Below, in pieces: positions 35,742 through 47,329 of a stretch of DNA of 64,000 nt. The stretch is from positions 1-64,000 of the forward strand of contig JAVZLH010000003.1 in assembly GCA_038883855.1 (NCBI GenBank). The letters are read 5' to 3'. Position numbers and translations under genes: made by a program. How positions within the stretch are numbered: the first letter of the stretch is position 1; every line of letters starts with the position of its first letter. The DNA is from Candidatus Bathyarchaeia archaeon (GTDB lineage: Archaea > Thermoproteota > Bathyarchaeia > Bathyarchaeales > Bathycorpusculaceae). The notes under the pieces are model-generated. The model was given only the letters and a program-made list of their open reading frames with translations. It was not told where the DNA came from and ran no database searches.

Positions 35742-37730
35742 TTATTTCTTGTAAAAATCCTCTATATCGTCTAGGATTTTCTCTATTCTAACGTGAGCCT
35801 TCATTTCTTTTCTCCATTCTTGGGGTAGTTTCTGTTTAAATTTCCCTGCCGCGCGCCCATCCATGATTAGGATTACGCCTCTGTCCTCTGGGCTTCGCAG
35901 AAGTCTACCAGCGGATTGGGCTAGCGCATTTAAGCATGGAATGTAATTCGCGTATTCCATGGCTTTATCTCCGAACTTTTCTTTAAAGTATTTGTAGAGG
36001 GCAATTTGGAGTTCGGTTTTCTTTGGGTAGGGCAAGCCGACAATTATGACTGTTGAAAGCATGCTTCTCCCTTCATTTGTCATGTCAACTCCTTCGCTTA
36101 CTTTTCCTCTGGCAACTCCAAAAATCAAGCATTGTTCATTTTTACCCAGAAAGTCCAAAACATCCTTGATGTTTGTAGTCTTTTCCTCGACAAGAAGCGG
36201 CAAATCAGGCTTAATTAACCTTGTAATTTCATGCATTAATTCATAGGAGGGGAAGTAGACGGCGACTCTTCCGCCGGTTTTATGAATTATTTTTGTTAGG
36301 TGTTCGGCAATTTTCTTCCACTGTTCTTTACTGCGCTTTTCAAACTTTGTTGTAACTGTCTTATCAACGATTAGAAGTCTGTTTTCTGGAGGGAAAGGGC
36401 TTGGCAACTCTAGGAAACTGCAACGGCTTTGCTCGATTCCCAACACATCAACATAATAATCAGCGCACCATAAAGTTCCAGACATGAGTATAACGGAACG
36501 AAGGTCGTTTATGATGCTGGACGCCAACGCTGGGTCAAGGCATCTAATTCCAAGCCTAACAGTTTTTCTCTTGTCCCTGTTAACTTCAACTTTAACGTAT
36601 GTGGCGTAACCTGAACCTTCAAGGTTAATCCAGTCCAACAGAAAATCTGCACATCTGGACACGTACGAAACTGGGCTTTTGCCCAATTCAATTCTTCTTT
36701 GTCGAATAAGTTCACCAATTTCTAAAAGTTCTAAAACATTTTTCCGTAACTTATCCGCGTTTGCCCCAAGATTTTTTGACAAGGCGTTTACTATGCGGTT
36801 TCCTTCGATGATATGTTCGACGTCCGCTCCATACCTTTTGTAAACATCCTTCCCAATTCTAATCATCACGTTATGTAAGGTTTCTAAAATGTCGAAGGCG
36901 TCCAAATCGAAAATTTTGCATTCCTTTAGAGCCCTTTTGACAGAAGTTGAAGAAAGCTCGTCTGAAAATATTCCAGCAGCATAATAGGGTAAACTGTGGG
37001 CTTCATCGAAAACGCAGTTAACATCCTTCACTCGTATTCCCGCCCTTCCCAGAACAGACCCTCGTATAGAGTTGACGAGGATATAGTTGTAGTTGCCAAT
37101 TATTATGTCAGCGTGCCTTGCCAGAATCTTAGTAACTTCGTAGGGGCAAAGCCCTTTTCCGCAGCAGATTTTGTAAACTTCATCGGGCAAAAGCGGGCCA
37201 GCTTCAATAATATGGTTGACAATACTGTTGGCGTGCCAGCTGGGTTTCCATCCGTTGTATGTTCTTTCATAAAATCTACATGATTCGCCGAAGGCTCCAT
37301 CTTTTAGGTTTTTGCAATAGTGAAGGAAATCTCGATAGTTAATGCCCCCAATTTTGAGGTCTTCAACGGCGTAGGGACACATTTCCTTCTTACTCTTAAA
37401 GATGGAAGCAACAAACCTGACACCGCTCTGCCTCTTTATGTTCTTTAGTTCCCGCGAGTAAATTTCAAGCTGGTTCCTCGTTCTAGTTAACACAAGGAGC
37501 CTTCCCAGAGACTCTTCCAGTTCCTTAGCCATGAAAAAAGCCGTCAAAACGGAGATGGATTTCCCGGTTCCGCACGGCGAAGAAAGCAAACCTATTTTTC
37601 CGCTTTTAAAAACATCGAAAGCGAATTTTATGGCGTCAAGCTGAAATGGGCGAAAGCTTGGATAGGGGAAAATTTTCTTGACAAGCCTTTGATAATCCTT
37701 TTCCCCCAAATCCAAAGCTTTATTCAGCAA
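35742..37730 (-). CDS. XPD/Rad3-family Fe-S DNA helicase
   Basis: SPCGTGKS, Fe-S Cys (MCP, CPYE), DEAH, SEGVD, Q.AGRLLR...DRG. Confidence 0.92.
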   Translation of the reverse strand: MLNKALDLGEKDYQRLVKKIFPYPSFRPFQLDAIKFAFDVFKSGKIGLLSSPCGTGKSISVLTAFFMAKELEESLGRLLVLTRTRNQLEIYSRELKNIKRQSGVRFVASIFKSKKEMCPYAVEDLKIGGINYRDFLHYCKNLKDGAFGESCRFYERTYNGWKPSWHANSIVNHIIEAGPLLPDEVYKICCGKGLCPYEVTKILARHADIIIGNYNYILVNSIRGSVLGRAGIRVKDVNCVFDEAHSLPYYAAGIFSDELSSTSVKRALKECKIFDLDAFDILETLHNVMIRIGKDVYKRYGADVEHIIEGNRIVNALSKNLGANADKLRKNVLELLEIGELIRQRRIELGKSPVSYVSRCADFLLDWINLEGSGYATYVKVEVNRDKRKTVRLGIRCLDPALASSIINDLRSVILMSGTLWCADYYVDVLGIEQSRCSFLELPSPFPPENRLLIVDKTVTTKFEKRSKEQWKKIAEHLTKIIHKTGGRVAVYFPSYELMHEITRLIKPDLPLLVEEKTTNIKDVLDFLGKNEQCLIFGVARGKVSEGVDMTNEGRSMLSTVIIVGLPYPKKTELQIALYKYFKEKFGDKAMEYANYIPCLNALAQSAGRLLRSPEDRGVILIMDGRAAGKFKQKLPQEWRKEMKAHVRIEKILDDIEDFYKK

Positions 37731-37861
37731 AGACCATCTCCACTATAAGCTCATTTCAAACTTTTCTAATAAACATCTCCTTCAATCCCCTTGCGAAACA
37801 GTAAACTTTACCTTCTTAGATTACTCATTACTCTCTTCAAAGTACAAAGGATGTGTGGAGA

Positions 37862-38689
37862 ATGTCGTTGGGTGTTGGGTTGATTGGTTGTGGTGCTATT
37901 GGCACCGTTTTGGCTTGCGCAATTGATAGTGGGCAAGCTGGAAACACTCGCTTGACAATAGTATATGATAGGATAAAAGAGAAGTCTAACGTTTTATACA
38001 GAAAACTAGTTTGTAAACCAAAAGTTGCCAATAGTTTTGAGGAGCTAATCGCATGTGAAGATGTGGATTTAATTGTGGAAGCAGCCTCGCAGGAAGCCGT
38101 CAGAGCCTACGCACTTAGGGTGCTTAGAGCTGGAAAAGACCTGATGATTATGAGCGTCGGCGCATTGGTTGATTCAAAATTATTGGAAGAGATTAGAGGC
38201 TGTGCCATGGAAAGTGGAAAAAGAGTTTACATTCCATCAGGGGCAATAGCCGGGTTAGATGGAGTTAAAGCCGCGGTCATTGGCAAAGTAGAAAGCGTAA
38301 CATTGACAACTAGGAAACCTCCAGAGGGATTTAATGACGCTCCATACGTAAAAGAAAAGGATATACTCCTTGAAAAACTGAATAGTCCAACACTAATATA
38401 TGAAGGCCCAGCGTCAGAAGCTTGTAAGCTTTTCCCAGCAAATGTAAACGTGGCAGCGGCTCTTGGATTGGCAGGCATCGGTGTGGAAAAGACGAAAGTG
38501 CAAATAATAGCTGATCCGTCGATAAAGAGGAACATCCATGAAGTGAAGGTTAAAGGCGAATTCGGCGAGTTGGAAGTTCACGCTGAAAATGTTCCATTAG
38601 TGGATAATCCGAAAACAAGCCGGTTAGCCGCCTTATCTGCAATAGCGGTGTTGAAGAAGATATCTGAGCCGCTAACAATCGGAACGTGA
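37862..38689 (+). CDS. nadX: L-aspartate dehydrogenase
   Basis: GCGAIG, EAASQ, PSGAIAGLD, FPANVNVAA, NPKTS.LAALS. Confidence 0.93.
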   Translation: MSLGVGLIGCGAIGTVLACAIDSGQAGNTRLTIVYDRIKEKSNVLYRKLVCKPKVANSFEELIACEDVDLIVEAASQEAVRAYALRVLRAGKDLMIMSVGALVDSKLLEEIRGCAMESGKRVYIPSGAIAGLDGVKAAVIGKVESVTLTTRKPPEGFNDAPYVKEKDILLEKLNSPTLIYEGPASEACKLFPANVNVAAALGLAGIGVEKTKVQIIADPSIKRNIHEVKVKGEFGELEVHAENVPLVDNPKTSRLAALSAIAVLKKISEPLTIGT

Positions 38690-38766
38690 AGGGTGAATAG
38701 CAATCGCTGTTTTAAACGTGTTCCAAAATAATATTAGCAATTTGAACACCATTACTAAAGTGATAA

Positions 38767-39474
<708 letters not shown>

Positions 39475-39489
39475 ACGAGATGTGGAAGT

Positions 39490-40371
39490 TTGAAAGTTGA
39501 AGCAGAGTGCGCAGCTTGCATAGTGAGTAGAGCGACAACAGAAGTCGTCGAAGCCACAATCAATCCTGCCCTGCGCTTCAGAGCAATGGCTGAGCTTCTG
39601 CGGCTGCTGAGCAAAGAGTTTAAACCGACAGCTATTCCAGCAGACTTAGGGACGAAGAGAGATCGTTTAATAAAAAGGGTTACTGGCAACGATGACCCCT
39701 ATAAGTGGCGGAAGAGATTAAGCAACGAGAAGGCTTTGAAGCTCTTGCCCAGCGTAAAAAAGCTTGTGGAAGAAGGATACGCACAACAGGATAGGTTTAA
39801 GAGGGCTTGTTTATGCGCCATTGTTGGTAACATAATGGAATTCGATATTCCCGGTCACAAGTTTACATTTGGCAGTTTGAGAAAAAGTTTCAGGGAAGCT
39901 GCAAAAGATTTGGTCATAGACGACACGAACAAATTTTATGAACTGGCGAAGAAGGCAAACACGATCCTTTATTTGACAGACAACGCTGGGGAGATAGTTT
40001 TTGACACTTTGCTTGTGGAACAGCTTAAGGATATGGGCTTAAAAGTGACTGTTGCGGTGAAAGGTGGTCCAGTTATTAATGATGCAACTTTGGAGGATGC
40101 GGAAATTTCTGGAATGAATAAAATAGCTGACGAAATAATAACGACGGGCGTTGACGCTGTTGGGTTGGCAGTTAAAGAGGTTTCGCCAGAATTTCTCAAC
40201 CATTACCATTCCGCGGACATGGTTTTCGCGAAGGGAATGGGCTATGCTGAAACCTTAACGGAATATCAGCTCAATAAGCCGCATGCCTTACTTTTTAGAA
40301 CAAAATGCAATCCGGTGGCAAACTTTTTCGGCGTGCCAAGGAATAAAAATGTTGCAAAGTTGATGCCCTAA
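39490..40371 (+). CDS. DUF89/ARMT1-like damage-control phosphatase
   Basis: ECAAC, DPY...K..SN, DNAGEIVFD, NDAT, KGMG. Confidence 0.92.
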   Translation: MKVEAECAACIVSRATTEVVEATINPALRFRAMAELLRLLSKEFKPTAIPADLGTKRDRLIKRVTGNDDPYKWRKRLSNEKALKLLPSVKKLVEEGYAQQDRFKRACLCAIVGNIMEFDIPGHKFTFGSLRKSFREAAKDLVIDDTNKFYELAKKANTILYLTDNAGEIVFDTLLVEQLKDMGLKVTVAVKGGPVINDATLEDAEISGMNKIADEIITTGVDAVGLAVKEVSPEFLNHYHSADMVFAKGMGYAETLTEYQLNKPHALLFRTKCNPVANFFGVPRNKNVAKLMP

Positions 40372-42453
40372 ATGAGGCTGCCAACAATAAGTTTGCGTCA
40401 AGAAGAGCTTTCCCGTTTTGATGAAGCAATCAGAAAAGAGTGGCTTCTGACAAATGGGTTGGGCGGCTTTGCTTCCTCAACCGTCTTGGGAATAAACATA
40501 AGAAAATATCATGGTTTGCTTGTTGCAGCGCTTAGCCCTCCCGGAGAGCGCAGAGTTTGCCTTGAAAAGTTGGATGAGGAAATATGTGTAGGCAATAATA
40601 CTTATCCGCTCGGCGCCAACGAGTTCAGAGATGGAATTTTTCCGCGAGGCTACCTTTTCTTGAAAGAGTTTGCCATTAATCCTTTCCCAAAATATGTTTA
40701 TGATGTGGAAAATGTTGAAGTTGAAAAGACAATTTTCATGCCTAAAGAAAAAAACGCTGTTATAGTATTCTACAAAGTAGAGAACAAAAACGATTCCACT
40801 GTGAAAGTGCGGGTTTACCCGTTAATAAACTGCAGGCATTTTCACGCGGTCACAGACAAGTGGAAGAAATCGGTAGAATTTCTTCAGAAAAGAGAGGGTT
40901 ATGTTGCAGAGTTAAGTGTTCAGTTTCCCAAATTGGTTTTTGTAATGAGAGCTACTGATGGGAAATACTATATTAAGGGAAAGTGGATTGAAAACATTTA
41001 TTACCGCGAAGAGGCTTCACGGGGCGAAAGCTGTTTCGACGATGTTTTTCAGCCAGGATACTTTGAAATGGATGCTAAAGCTAAAAGAATGGATAAGTTT
41101 GCAGTTATGGTTGCAGCTGACAAAAATGGCGAAAATGCTTTAAGGGTTTTTGATGAAGCCCCAACAACTTATGATGTTGAAAACGTTCTTAAGGATGAAA
41201 CGGAACGGCGAGAAAATTTCCTAGCCAGGTTTTATGAAGTTAACCCTAAGCTTTATGCTGCTGAATGGTTGAACTGGGTTGTTCTGGCAACAGACGCTTT
41301 CGTAGTTAAGGGTTCAAGTGAACAGCAAAGGTTTGTGATTGCAGGATACCACTGGTTCGAGACTTGGGGGCGAGACACCTTTATTTCCCTGCCAGGGCTT
41401 ATGCTTGTAACTGGCAGGTTCGAAGATGCGCGGAGAAGTTTTCTAACATTTAAACAAGAGGTTAAAGACGGTTTAATTCCAAATTTTGTTCCAGACCAGC
41501 CGAACCAACCCGCCTACAATTCTGTTGACGCTACGCTTTGGTATGTGAACGCTGTTTTGCAATACTTGAAATACACCGGCGACTTTAAGTTTGTCAAAGA
41601 ACAACTCTGGAACGAGTTAAAGACAATCTTTGAAAGCCACGTTAAAGGAGCAGCATTTGACATTCGCGTTGACGGCGACTGTCTGCTTCATCACGGACCA
41701 CAGTTGACATGGATGGACGCCATTGTAGACGGAAAACCTGTGACTCCGAGGGCTGGAAAGGCTGTTGAGGTTCAAGCATTGTGGTATAACGCTTTAAAAA
41801 CCATGCAGCTCTTGGCAAATAGGTTCGGCGAAAAAAACGAAGCTGAAAAATATCTTCGGCTGGCTGAAGGCGCACGGAAAGCCTTCGTGGAAAAGTTTTG
41901 GGATTCAGAAAAGAATTGTTTGTTTGATGTAATAGGCGAAGGTGAAAAAGACGCGTCTGTGAGACCTAATCAGATTATCGCAGTTTCTTTGGATTTCACG
42001 ATGCTTGACATCGCCAAAAAGGAGAAAATTGTTGATGTTGTTCACCGTGAACTTTTAACGCCTTACGGCTTGAGGACACTTGCAAAAAGCGACCCAAAAT
42101 ATGTTGGAGTTTATGAGGGCGACCGAAGAAAACGAGACATTGCATATCACAATGGAACTGTTTGGGCTTGGCTGCTTGGACCCTTTACAACCGCCTTTTT
42201 GAAAACTAAGGGCTACGTGGAGCATAGACGTGAATACGCTTTAAAGAACTTCCTTCCGCCTCTTTTCACAGAACAAGTTTACAGGGCTGGTCTTGGAACG
42301 ATAAGCGAAGTTTTTGATGGAGACCCCCCGCATATGCCAAGAGGATGCATAGCTCAAGCTTGGAGTGTTGCAGAACCGTTAAGGGCTTATGTGGAAGATG
42401 TGATGCAAACGCGGCCAGCTCACGAAAAAGAAATTTTGCAAAGTTTAGGTTGA
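40372..42453 (+). CDS. Glycogen debranching enzyme (amylo-alpha-1,6-glucosidase)
   Basis: EWLLTNGLGG, AGYHWF..WGRDTFISLPG, TWMDA, YHNGTVW.W, GCIAQAWS. Confidence 0.94.
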   Translation: MRLPTISLRQEELSRFDEAIRKEWLLTNGLGGFASSTVLGINIRKYHGLLVAALSPPGERRVCLEKLDEEICVGNNTYPLGANEFRDGIFPRGYLFLKEFAINPFPKYVYDVENVEVEKTIFMPKEKNAVIVFYKVENKNDSTVKVRVYPLINCRHFHAVTDKWKKSVEFLQKREGYVAELSVQFPKLVFVMRATDGKYYIKGKWIENIYYREEASRGESCFDDVFQPGYFEMDAKAKRMDKFAVMVAADKNGENALRVFDEAPTTYDVENVLKDETERRENFLARFYEVNPKLYAAEWLNWVVLATDAFVVKGSSEQQRFVIAGYHWFETWGRDTFISLPGLMLVTGRFEDARRSFLTFKQEVKDGLIPNFVPDQPNQPAYNSVDATLWYVNAVLQYLKYTGDFKFVKEQLWNELKTIFESHVKGAAFDIRVDGDCLLHHGPQLTWMDAIVDGKPVTPRAGKAVEVQALWYNALKTMQLLANRFGEKNEAEKYLRLAEGARKAFVEKFWDSEKNCLFDVIGEGEKDASVRPNQIIAVSLDFTMLDIAKKEKIVDVVHRELLTPYGLRTLAKSDPKYVGVYEGDRRKRDIAYHNGTVWAWLLGPFTTAFLKTKGYVEHRREYALKNFLPPLFTEQVYRAGLGTISEVFDGDPPHMPRGCIAQAWSVAEPLRAYVEDVMQTRPAHEKEILQSLG

Positions 42454-43482
42454 AACTGCTTTTCTCATGGTTTCTGCTGCTGTTTCTGGTGTGACGGTGT
42501 TTATGTATACGCCTGTGCTTTTTTCGAAGCCTGCCCAAATGGCAAGTTTTGGGTAAACCTCCAAATGCCAATGGTAATGTTCGCGTGCATCTTTATTCAC
42601 AACCGTGTGAAAACCGTAATTGTAGGGCGGGTCATTAACTAGCTCCTTTAATGCTTTAAAACATGTTTTCATTGTTTCAGCGAAGGTTTTCACTTCGGCT
42701 TGCGTCATCTCAAGAAGCGTGATTTGATGTCTTTTTGGAATTATCCAGAATTCCATTGGGTTAACGCTTGCGTAGGGAGCAAAAACCACGAAATGCGAAT
42801 TTTCTAGAATGAGCCGTGGCCCTTCCCGTTCCTTCTCTAGGATTTCGCAGAATATGCATTTCCCGTTTTGTTTCCAGGACTTCTTGCTTGCTTCCAATTC
42901 TTCTTTCACGAGCCGTGGGATGAAGGGAGTAGCGATTATTTGGCTGTGGGCGTGGGAAAGCGAAGCTCCAGCTTCGAGACCGTGGTTGCGGAATATAGAC
43001 ACGTAACGCACATAGGGCTTCGATGAAAGTTCGCGTAATCTATCCAAATAGGCGTTTATAACGTGCACAAGCTGCGGAATCTTAGCGTCTGAAGGATGCT
43101 CATCATGCACAGGCGACTCTATCAGAACTTCATGATGCCCAACAGCATCCGCCAAAACGCCGCCTTTCACACTTTGTTTTTTGCTGGTTTTCTCTTTCGG
43201 CGGAGTGAAAGCCGGAAAGAGATTCGGGAAACAGCGAATAACCCAGTTCTCATGTCTAAAACCGTTTTCATCTTTTGTTTTTTCAATTTTTCCGTCAGAT
43301 TCAAGGTAAACAAGAACAGCCGGCGGAGTCATGTGCTCGTTTCCAGGACAAAAGGGACAAACGCCGGTTCTGGTTTGGGTGATTTCTTTTTTGGCGAAGT
43401 CTGTTGGTCTGCGGCTGCGTTCAGTGGCTATGACAACCCAGCGATCAAGCAGATAATCTTTGCGAAGTTCGTTGTATGTCAT
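42445..43482 (-). CDS. galT: Galactose-1-phosphate uridylyltransferase family
   Basis: CPFCPGNE, GASLSHAHSQ HIT-like motif, AGFE. Confidence 0.93.
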   Translation of the reverse strand: MTYNELRKDYLLDRWVVIATERSRRPTDFAKKEITQTRTGVCPFCPGNEHMTPPAVLVYLESDGKIEKTKDENGFRHENWVIRCFPNLFPAFTPPKEKTSKKQSVKGGVLADAVGHHEVLIESPVHDEHPSDAKIPQLVHVINAYLDRLRELSSKPYVRYVSIFRNHGLEAGASLSHAHSQIIATPFIPRLVKEELEASKKSWKQNGKCIFCEILEKEREGPRLILENSHFVVFAPYASVNPMEFWIIPKRHQITLLEMTQAEVKTFAETMKTCFKALKELVNDPPYNYGFHTVVNKDAREHYHWHLEVYPKLAIWAGFEKSTGVYINTVTPETAAETMRKAVST

Positions 43483-43759
43483 TTTGAATTCCAACAAGCA
43501 TAGGATATGTTTTAACAAGATTTAGAGTTTTCCAACATTTTTTGGTTTGAAAAACAGCCAATACAGGATACCCCCCTCTAGATTTTCAGCATAAGCCGTC
43601 TTGTAAAGTCTAAAATGTAAATTTGAGGTTTGCAGTTAGTCCCTATCAACATCCTATGCACGCACAAAAGTGTTAACGAGACTTGATGGAAAGATGTTTG
43701 AAGTTATTGGAATAGTTCTAGTTACTACGGATGGATAAAAAGAAAGGAGGGTTGGCGAT

Positions 43760-44012
43760 TTTAATTGTTCTATGAGCGTTCAAACTAAGATTTCTGGCGG
43801 CATCATGGTCTTTCGCATACAAGCTCCAGTAATCCACACCGTTTTCTGGCATGACGCCGCTCACAATGCCCTTCCCTTCTTATGTTTTCAGCGTCATGAA
43901 CCCAAACATACCCGTTAGTATTAACATCCACATTCCGTCCAGCAGAGTCCCCCATTTCAAACCGGAATCCGCTTTCAGAAACTCCCCAAAGGAAGCTTTT
44001 AGGAAACCCCAA
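43760..44012 (-). pseudogene. GH1 beta-galactosidase/beta-glycosidase 5' remnant
   Basis: FPKSFLWGVSESGFRFEMG...WVHD..NI, then a frameshift to GIVSGVMPENGVDYW.LY..DH; homology ends after ~80 codons. Confidence 0.85.
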
Positions 44013-44052
44013 AGGTATCCTCCATAGCTATTATTGGCTTTCTAACTAAAAA

Positions 44053-44372
44053 GGCGGTGGGTCACTGAGGTTCAGCGCCCAGAATCCGCATAACCCCAAA
44101 GCCCTACACTCGTACCTGCACCCCCTTGAGCGCCGAACGTCCAAGCTTAGGTTGCTCCCTCCCGGGCCTAGCCAGTTTCGCCTGGCAAACGTTGAAGACA
44201 GCTTCCCTACGGAAGCCGCTCAACGACCGCCGACTCCAAGGGACAGGTAGTCTTCGCTTCGGGAGTAAGGGGTTTAAGCAGCCACGGGCGCCTCAGCCTC
44301 AGCTTTCGGCCCGTCGTATAGAGGGTTTACGGTTCAGGGGACCCCTAGCCCCCCGCCTAAGACCCACCGCCC
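44053..44372 (-). ncRNA. ffs: Signal recognition particle (7S) RNA
   Basis: GC-rich ~320 nt with terminal helix GGCGGTGGGTC/GACCCACCGCC and helix-8 motif AGGCCCGGGAGGGAGCA on the minus strand. Confidence 0.92.
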
Positions 44373-44433
44373 AAAACATTCATGAGTCAACAAAACCTAT
44401 AAAAGTTTATGTGCATTGTAGCTGTTGGACTGT

Positions 44434-44760
44434 TTAGATTTTTTTGAGAGAGTTGTCAAGCCACTCCATATAAGCCTTATAGCCTTTTACAACAGGCAAA
44501 GCAATGATTTCTGGAACCTCATAACTGTGTAAAGTCTTAACCCGCTTAGACAATTCATCAAACAAGTTTTCGCGAGATTTCATTAAAAGAACGTATTCCT
44601 CTGCCCTATCAATTTTTCCAGTCCACCAGAAAAGTGAGTGCACGGGACCTATTATGTTGGCGCACGCAATTAACCTTTCATTTAGTAGGCTATTGGCGAT
44701 TTTCTCGGCTTCTTCCTTGCTTGATGTTGTCACTAAAACAACTATGTGGGTCTTCGTCAA
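44434..44760 (-). CDS. cutA: Divalent-cation tolerance protein CutA
   Basis: LIACANI, S.FWW.G, HSYEVPEI. Confidence 0.94.
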   Translation of the reverse strand: MTKTHIVVLVTTSSKEEAEKIANSLLNERLIACANIIGPVHSLFWWTGKIDRAEEYVLLMKSRENLFDELSKRVKTLHSYEVPEIIALPVVKGYKAYMEWLDNSLKKI

Positions 44761-45115
44761 GAATTAGCACTCTCCAAGTAAGCCTGTGCAACAGTCAAGC
44801 TTATCTTGATTAGCGAGAAAATGTTTAAACTTTACTAGCTGAGGGTTTTCGCGTTTTAGGTTTCGAGAGGTTGGTAAGGCATAATAAACAACGCTTTGTG
44901 TCCTTACCCCGCGTTCTGTTGGCGGCATAACCCAATTAGGCGGCACCATCAATCCACACCTTAAGATGCCCAGAATTTAAGAAAAAGGAAGAATAGCGGA
45001 GAATGCTAAAACCTAGCTAAAAACAGTTTATGGCTGGTCGGCATCAGCGATGACGTTTCATTTAGAAAGCCTAGAACTTAGCAGAGAAAGGAGGAAGTTA
45101 ACCTATTTTCTTCTT

Positions 45116-46145
45116 TCAGCCGAAGAACACGCTTGCCATGTTGTAAAGCTCCAAATCCACAGTTTTACGCTTGCCAACGACATCGTTTAAAGGAACTGAA
45201 ACTATCCTGTTCCCTTGAAGAGCAACCATAAACCCAAACTTTCCTTCGTGGACAAGGTCGATGGCTGCCACTCCGAATCTTGTGGCCAATATTCTGTCAA
45301 ATGGTGTTGGAGAGCCTCCGCGTTGCAGATGCCCCAAAACAACAACCCGCGTTTCTATGCCTGTGCGTTTCTCAATTTCCTTTCCGAGATAGTAGCCGAT
45401 TCCACCGAGGCTTATGTGACCGAACTCGTCTATGCTCTCGCTGTAAACAACTTCCGTTCCGCCTTTCGGCTTGGCACCTTCAGCCACAACAATTAAGCTG
45501 AAGTTTCTACCCCGTTTCTGCCTACGCCTAATGTATTCACAAACTTCTTCTATGTCGAAGGGCTTCTCTGGAATCAAAATCACGTCTGCACCGCCAGCAA
45601 GCCCAGTCTTTAGGGCGATGTGACTCGTGTATCTTCCCATAACCTCTAGAATCATAACCCTATTATGGGCTTCTGCTGTGGAATGAAGCCTGTCAAGGGC
45701 TTCAGCGGCTATGGTAACAGCCGTATTGAAACCAAAAGTGTAGTCTGTGCCAACCAAATCATTATCAATGGTTTTTGGGACGCCGACGCATTTCAGTCCA
45801 AAATCACCCATTTTGTGGGCTACGCTTAAAGTGTCGTCGCCCCCTATGGTGATAACGGCCTCCAGCCCAGCAGCTTTAGCGTTTTCAACAATTTTTTCTG
45901 GTCCCTTTTCGCGTTTTGAAAGGATTTGTTCTCGAAGTTCCAAGGATGGAGCCTCCGCGGGGAAGGATGCCTGAAACAGCGTCTAAATCTAACTTTTGAA
46001 ACTTACTTTCAAGTAGCCCGCGCCACCCATCCCTTATGCCGACAATCTCATCATTGTAGCATTGAATTCCCTTTCTTACAACAGCACGTATAACTGCGTT
46101 GATTCCAGGCGCGTCTCCGCCGCCGCTTAAAATTCCAACTTTCAT
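45116..46145 (-). pseudogene. PfkA-family phosphofructokinase (PPi-type signature), one frameshift
   Basis: GGGDAPGINA and RGGSILGTSRTNPF lie in one frame, GGDD, PKTIDND, EVMGR and GHLQRGG in another. The shift is in an A-run near 45917. Confidence 0.85.
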
Positions 46146-46159
46146 TCAGGGCATCCTCC

Positions 46160-47004
46160 TCAAGCTTTCCTGAACTTCCAAACTCTTTCGGCGAGTTTGC
46201 CAGAACTTCGCGGACGGCTGCTGTGAAGGCAAGTCGCAAGTCAGTGTCAATGTTAATCTTTGAGATTCCCATGGAAATCGCCTTTTTTATATGTTCTTCC
46301 GGTATCCCCTTAGCCCCAGAAAGTTCAGCGCCATATTTTGTGGCTTTTTCAATTATCCACGCTGGCACGCTTGAAGCACCATGCAAAACAAGAGGTATAT
46401 CAACCTTTTTAGCTATTAGCTTCAATCTTTCGAAGTCAAGCTTGGCTTCGCCCTTAAACTTGTAGGCGCCGTGGGAAGTGCCTATGGCAACAGCCAAAGC
46501 GTCAACGCCAGTTCGCTTAACGAATTCTTCCGCCGCATCTGGGTCTGTTAGAATGGCTTCTTTCTCTTCAACAGTTTTCTCCTCAACGCCAGCAAGCCTT
46601 CCAAGCTCAGCCTCAACAGAAACACCTTTAGAATGGGCAAGGTCAACAACACGCTTTGTAAGGGCAATGTTTTCCTCAAAACTTAGAAAGGAACCATCAA
46701 TCATGACCGAAGTGAAGCCCGCTTCTATACATTTGGAAACTGTTTCAAAGTCTTCGCCGTGGTCAAGATGCAGGGACATGGGCACTGGTGTGTTTTCCGC
46801 TGCTGTCCTAACAATTTTTACTAAGTAAGCTAAACCAGCGTATTTTATGGCGCTCGGCGTGACTGCAACTATAACTGGAGACTTTTCTTCAACAGCAGCT
46901 TCCGTAACCGCTAAGAAACTTTCAAGGTTTTGAATGTTGAAGGCGCCGACTGCGTAACTATTTTTTCTCGCAGGTAAAAGTAGTTCACGGTTTGTTACAA
47001 GCAT
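46160..47004 (-). CDS. fba: Class II fructose-1,6-bisphosphate aldolase (C-terminus damaged)
   Basis: HLDHG, SVEAELG, GTSHGAYK, LVLHGAS, KINIDTDLR. PKEF joins directly to GSSGK. Confidence 0.88.
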
Positions 47005-47016
47005 AGTTTCCCTTTC

Positions 47017-47265
47017 TTATAATATTAATTCAATTAAAATACTTAGAATCTTCTGATCTAAAACAACTTGTTCTTCGTCAATATCAACTAAAGGCAAGTT
47101 CATCTTAGTTAAGGGATAGGGTGTGATTTCAAAATCATATATTCTTCTAGGTCCTGCGTCTTTAGGCTGTTTCAGTTCAAGAAACGCCGGTAGAAGCATG
47201 ATGAGAATAAATGTGGATATCTCCAGAAAGAGCATAAGCATTGTTGAAGTCGGATTCGGAGTCAT
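47017..47265 (-). CDS. Small membrane protein
   Basis: TM helix followed by LPAFLELKQPKDAGPRRI. Confidence 0.55.
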   Translation of the reverse strand: MTPNPTSTMLMLFLEISTFILIMLLPAFLELKQPKDAGPRRIYDFEITPYPLTKMNLPLVDIDEEQVVLDQKILSILIELIL

Positions 47266-47329
47266 CCTTCAGACAATTGCCCTAATTCATAATATAACAG
47301 TTTCCATTTCCAGAATGGGGGGTTACTCC

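Noticed and set aside
44126-44437. 103-aa plus-strand ORF
   Set aside because: Antisense to the SRP RNA gene; open only because of high GC.
44764-45110. 62-aa ORF or riboswitch-like motif (GATG...CTGATG) between cutA and pfk
   Set aside because: No complete fluoride-riboswitch or hammerhead pairing could be built, and no protein motif was recognised.
45885-46160. Programmed frameshift or fba-pfk fusion
   Set aside because: Shifts lie in short A-runs amid many other local indels, pfk has its own GAGGAGG SD, and no stimulatory structure was seen.
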